A DNA stretch of 64,000 nt from Eledone cirrhosa (lineage: Eukaryota): NCBI GenBank assembly GCA_964016885.1, contig OZ024743.1:116994001-117058000 (forward strand), in the 5' to 3' direction. Each line of letters opens with the position of its first letter. The first letter of the stretch is position 1. This document shows, piece after piece, positions 62,089-64,000 of this stretch. The notes beneath the pieces are model-generated. The model did no database searches. It saw nothing but the letters and a program-made list of their open reading frames with translations, and was not told where the DNA came from. The translations under genes were made by a program, and so were the position numbers.

Positions 62089-62647
62089 TGTGTGTGGAAG
62101 GAGTTGTCCTTATATATAACAAATATTTAAACAGAACACGTTGTAGACTAGACGATTTATGACAAAGCTAATGCAAATATAGTTTTTGAATTAGAACAGT
62201 TGATGCAAACATATTTTCCACCATTCTGTCTGAGAGATAAGAGTTACGTATTTTGGAGATTAATGTCTTCTTTTCTGAAAATAACTACGCTTGTGATGGT
62301 ACATACAGAAATAATTTTGCCGTGGTCACTATTTATGTTAGGCTGGACGAAGAGCTGGACTGAAATGGTCAGTCTAATTTGCGTGCTGTGCATTTCTTTG
62401 GCAAAGAAATTAATTGAGAGACTAATAAGCATTCATACAGAATACAATGTATATTAGACAATATGTGAGAAAATTAATGTACCTAGAACCAGAGAAGCTT
62501 GAATCTGAAAACGTTTCTGCGAATAGAATGAGGTGATAACACACTTTTGACTATTCTAATTTTACAATCTGAAAAGGGTGCACTAAAATGTGTTGCTAAA
62601 TTGTGTACTATCGACAAAATCCCACTGCCTTGCACATCATTAATTCA

Positions 62648-62693
<46 letters not shown>

Positions 62694-63018
62694 AGGAAGA
62701 TGGAAATAATTTGCCTCAAACACTTTCTTTAATTTTTAGTTTTTAATACTTATTGATTATTTTTCATTGTAATACTCAACATTTGATAAGATGAATTTTA
62801 CTAATACATCGAAACCAGTTATACTTTATATACTTTATATACATGATAAAACTCATTTTTAAAAGAATTGTTCCTCTCATTGTTTAAATAATGTCACTTT
62901 AACGAATCAAAGAAAGAAAAAAAAAAGGAAAAGGACCCTAGAATATATTTTCCGTGCTATTTCCAATTTCAACTTTTCTCTATAACCACTGTTTTCTTTA
63001 GAACCTTACTTCCCTTTT

Positions 63019-63081
<63 letters not shown>

Positions 63082-63517
63082 ATGTGTGTGTGTGTGTGTG
63101 TGTTTCTGTGTGTGTGTATGTATGCATGTGTGTGCTTGAGTGTGTTCCTTGTGACCTAAGTGAAAGAGAAGTACGATTGCTGCTTTGAGAAAGTAAACGA
63201 AATCAAACGGAATTGCAGGAAAATGACGGACTTCAGGAAAATGAGATCCGTGGTACTTCTATGGCGAAGATTACACGCTGGGATCACTGATTATATAACC
63301 AAAGAAACTATTTCTATGGGAGTGTGGTTGGTACCCGAATCCACATAATATATTAAATATATATTTTAGAGGTACACTCTCTTTCGCCAGGTCCTGGAAT
63401 CTATGTTACCACACCAAATTCACACACACACACACACACACACATACACACACACATGCACCCCCACACCACACACAACAAACACAAAACACACAATTAT
63501 ATATATATATATATATA

Positions 63518-63612
63518 AACTTATCGACAAACACTTTCTTCCAACACACAAATTCCATAAAATACTAGATAGAGACACAATCTTACTAACCTATTCCACC
63601 ACAGAAAATTAA
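63518..63612 (+). pseudogene. PLE ORF fragment
   Basis: KLIDKHFLPTHKFHKILDRDTILLTYSTTEN is homologous to the linker at about 52440-52530. Confidence 0.75.
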
Positions 63613-63633
63613 CAATGAAGTTAGAATCTAGCT

Positions 63634-63762
63634 TCATTGTTTCCGAAGAAAACGGTTTCATCAAACCTATAGAGGATGTCTGATAGTATACAGTTATATA
63701 ACTGATATAGATCAGTCAATATGTCAATAGATCAACCCTCGGAAACGATCGTAAAACAATGA
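63634..63762 (+). ncRNA. Candidate hammerhead, CCGAAGA variant, long stem II
   Basis: 9-bp stem I TCATTGTTT/AAACAATGA; GAAA-C-GATC-G-TA; stem II closure poor; directly after a PLE ORF fragment. Confidence 0.5.
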
Positions 63763-64000
63763 CATGAATAGGTAAAATAACACGACTTTGTTATTGTTTT
63801 CATTGTTAAATTAATATCCAATATATATATATTACTTGGTAAATCCGAAAGGTGTGATATTGCCCATGGCATTAAATTGCCTTCCGGTGCCATTTATATA
63901 TTGAATATATATATATATATATATACATATCATATATATATCTTTATATATATCTATCATATATATATATATTAGAAATTAGAAATTATAAGCTTTCACC

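Noticed and set aside
62140-62500. Unique sequence with short ORFs (similarly 38950-39154 and 30720-30990)
   Set aside because: No recognisable domain or clear splice structure; conservation cannot be assessed here

Overview
Eukaryotic, very AT-rich, microsatellite-saturated intergenic or intronic DNA. The tRNA-derived SINEs resemble those of octopod cephalopods (inference). No intact host gene is supported, and most ORF-track entries are (TA)n/(CA)n artefacts. Recognisable content: decayed LINE fragments (RTE, L1/Tx1-like, CR1/L2-like), about 12 copies of one SINE family, and three Penelope-like element (PLE) coding remnants (RT, GIY-YIG). The main hidden structure is a dense population of short elements embedded in (TA)n tracts, from about 10 sequence-divergent families. 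They carry at least 15 type I hammerhead ribozyme folds with covarying stems, including U3-A8, C4 and U10.1-U11.1 core variants. Many are fold-back palindromes with a one-sided 3' tail. Across families, that tail starts with the same RCUC/GAGY stem-loop with a 2-3 nt 3' bulge, a few nt past the point where the inverted arm ends. All folds were read by eye; none was computed.
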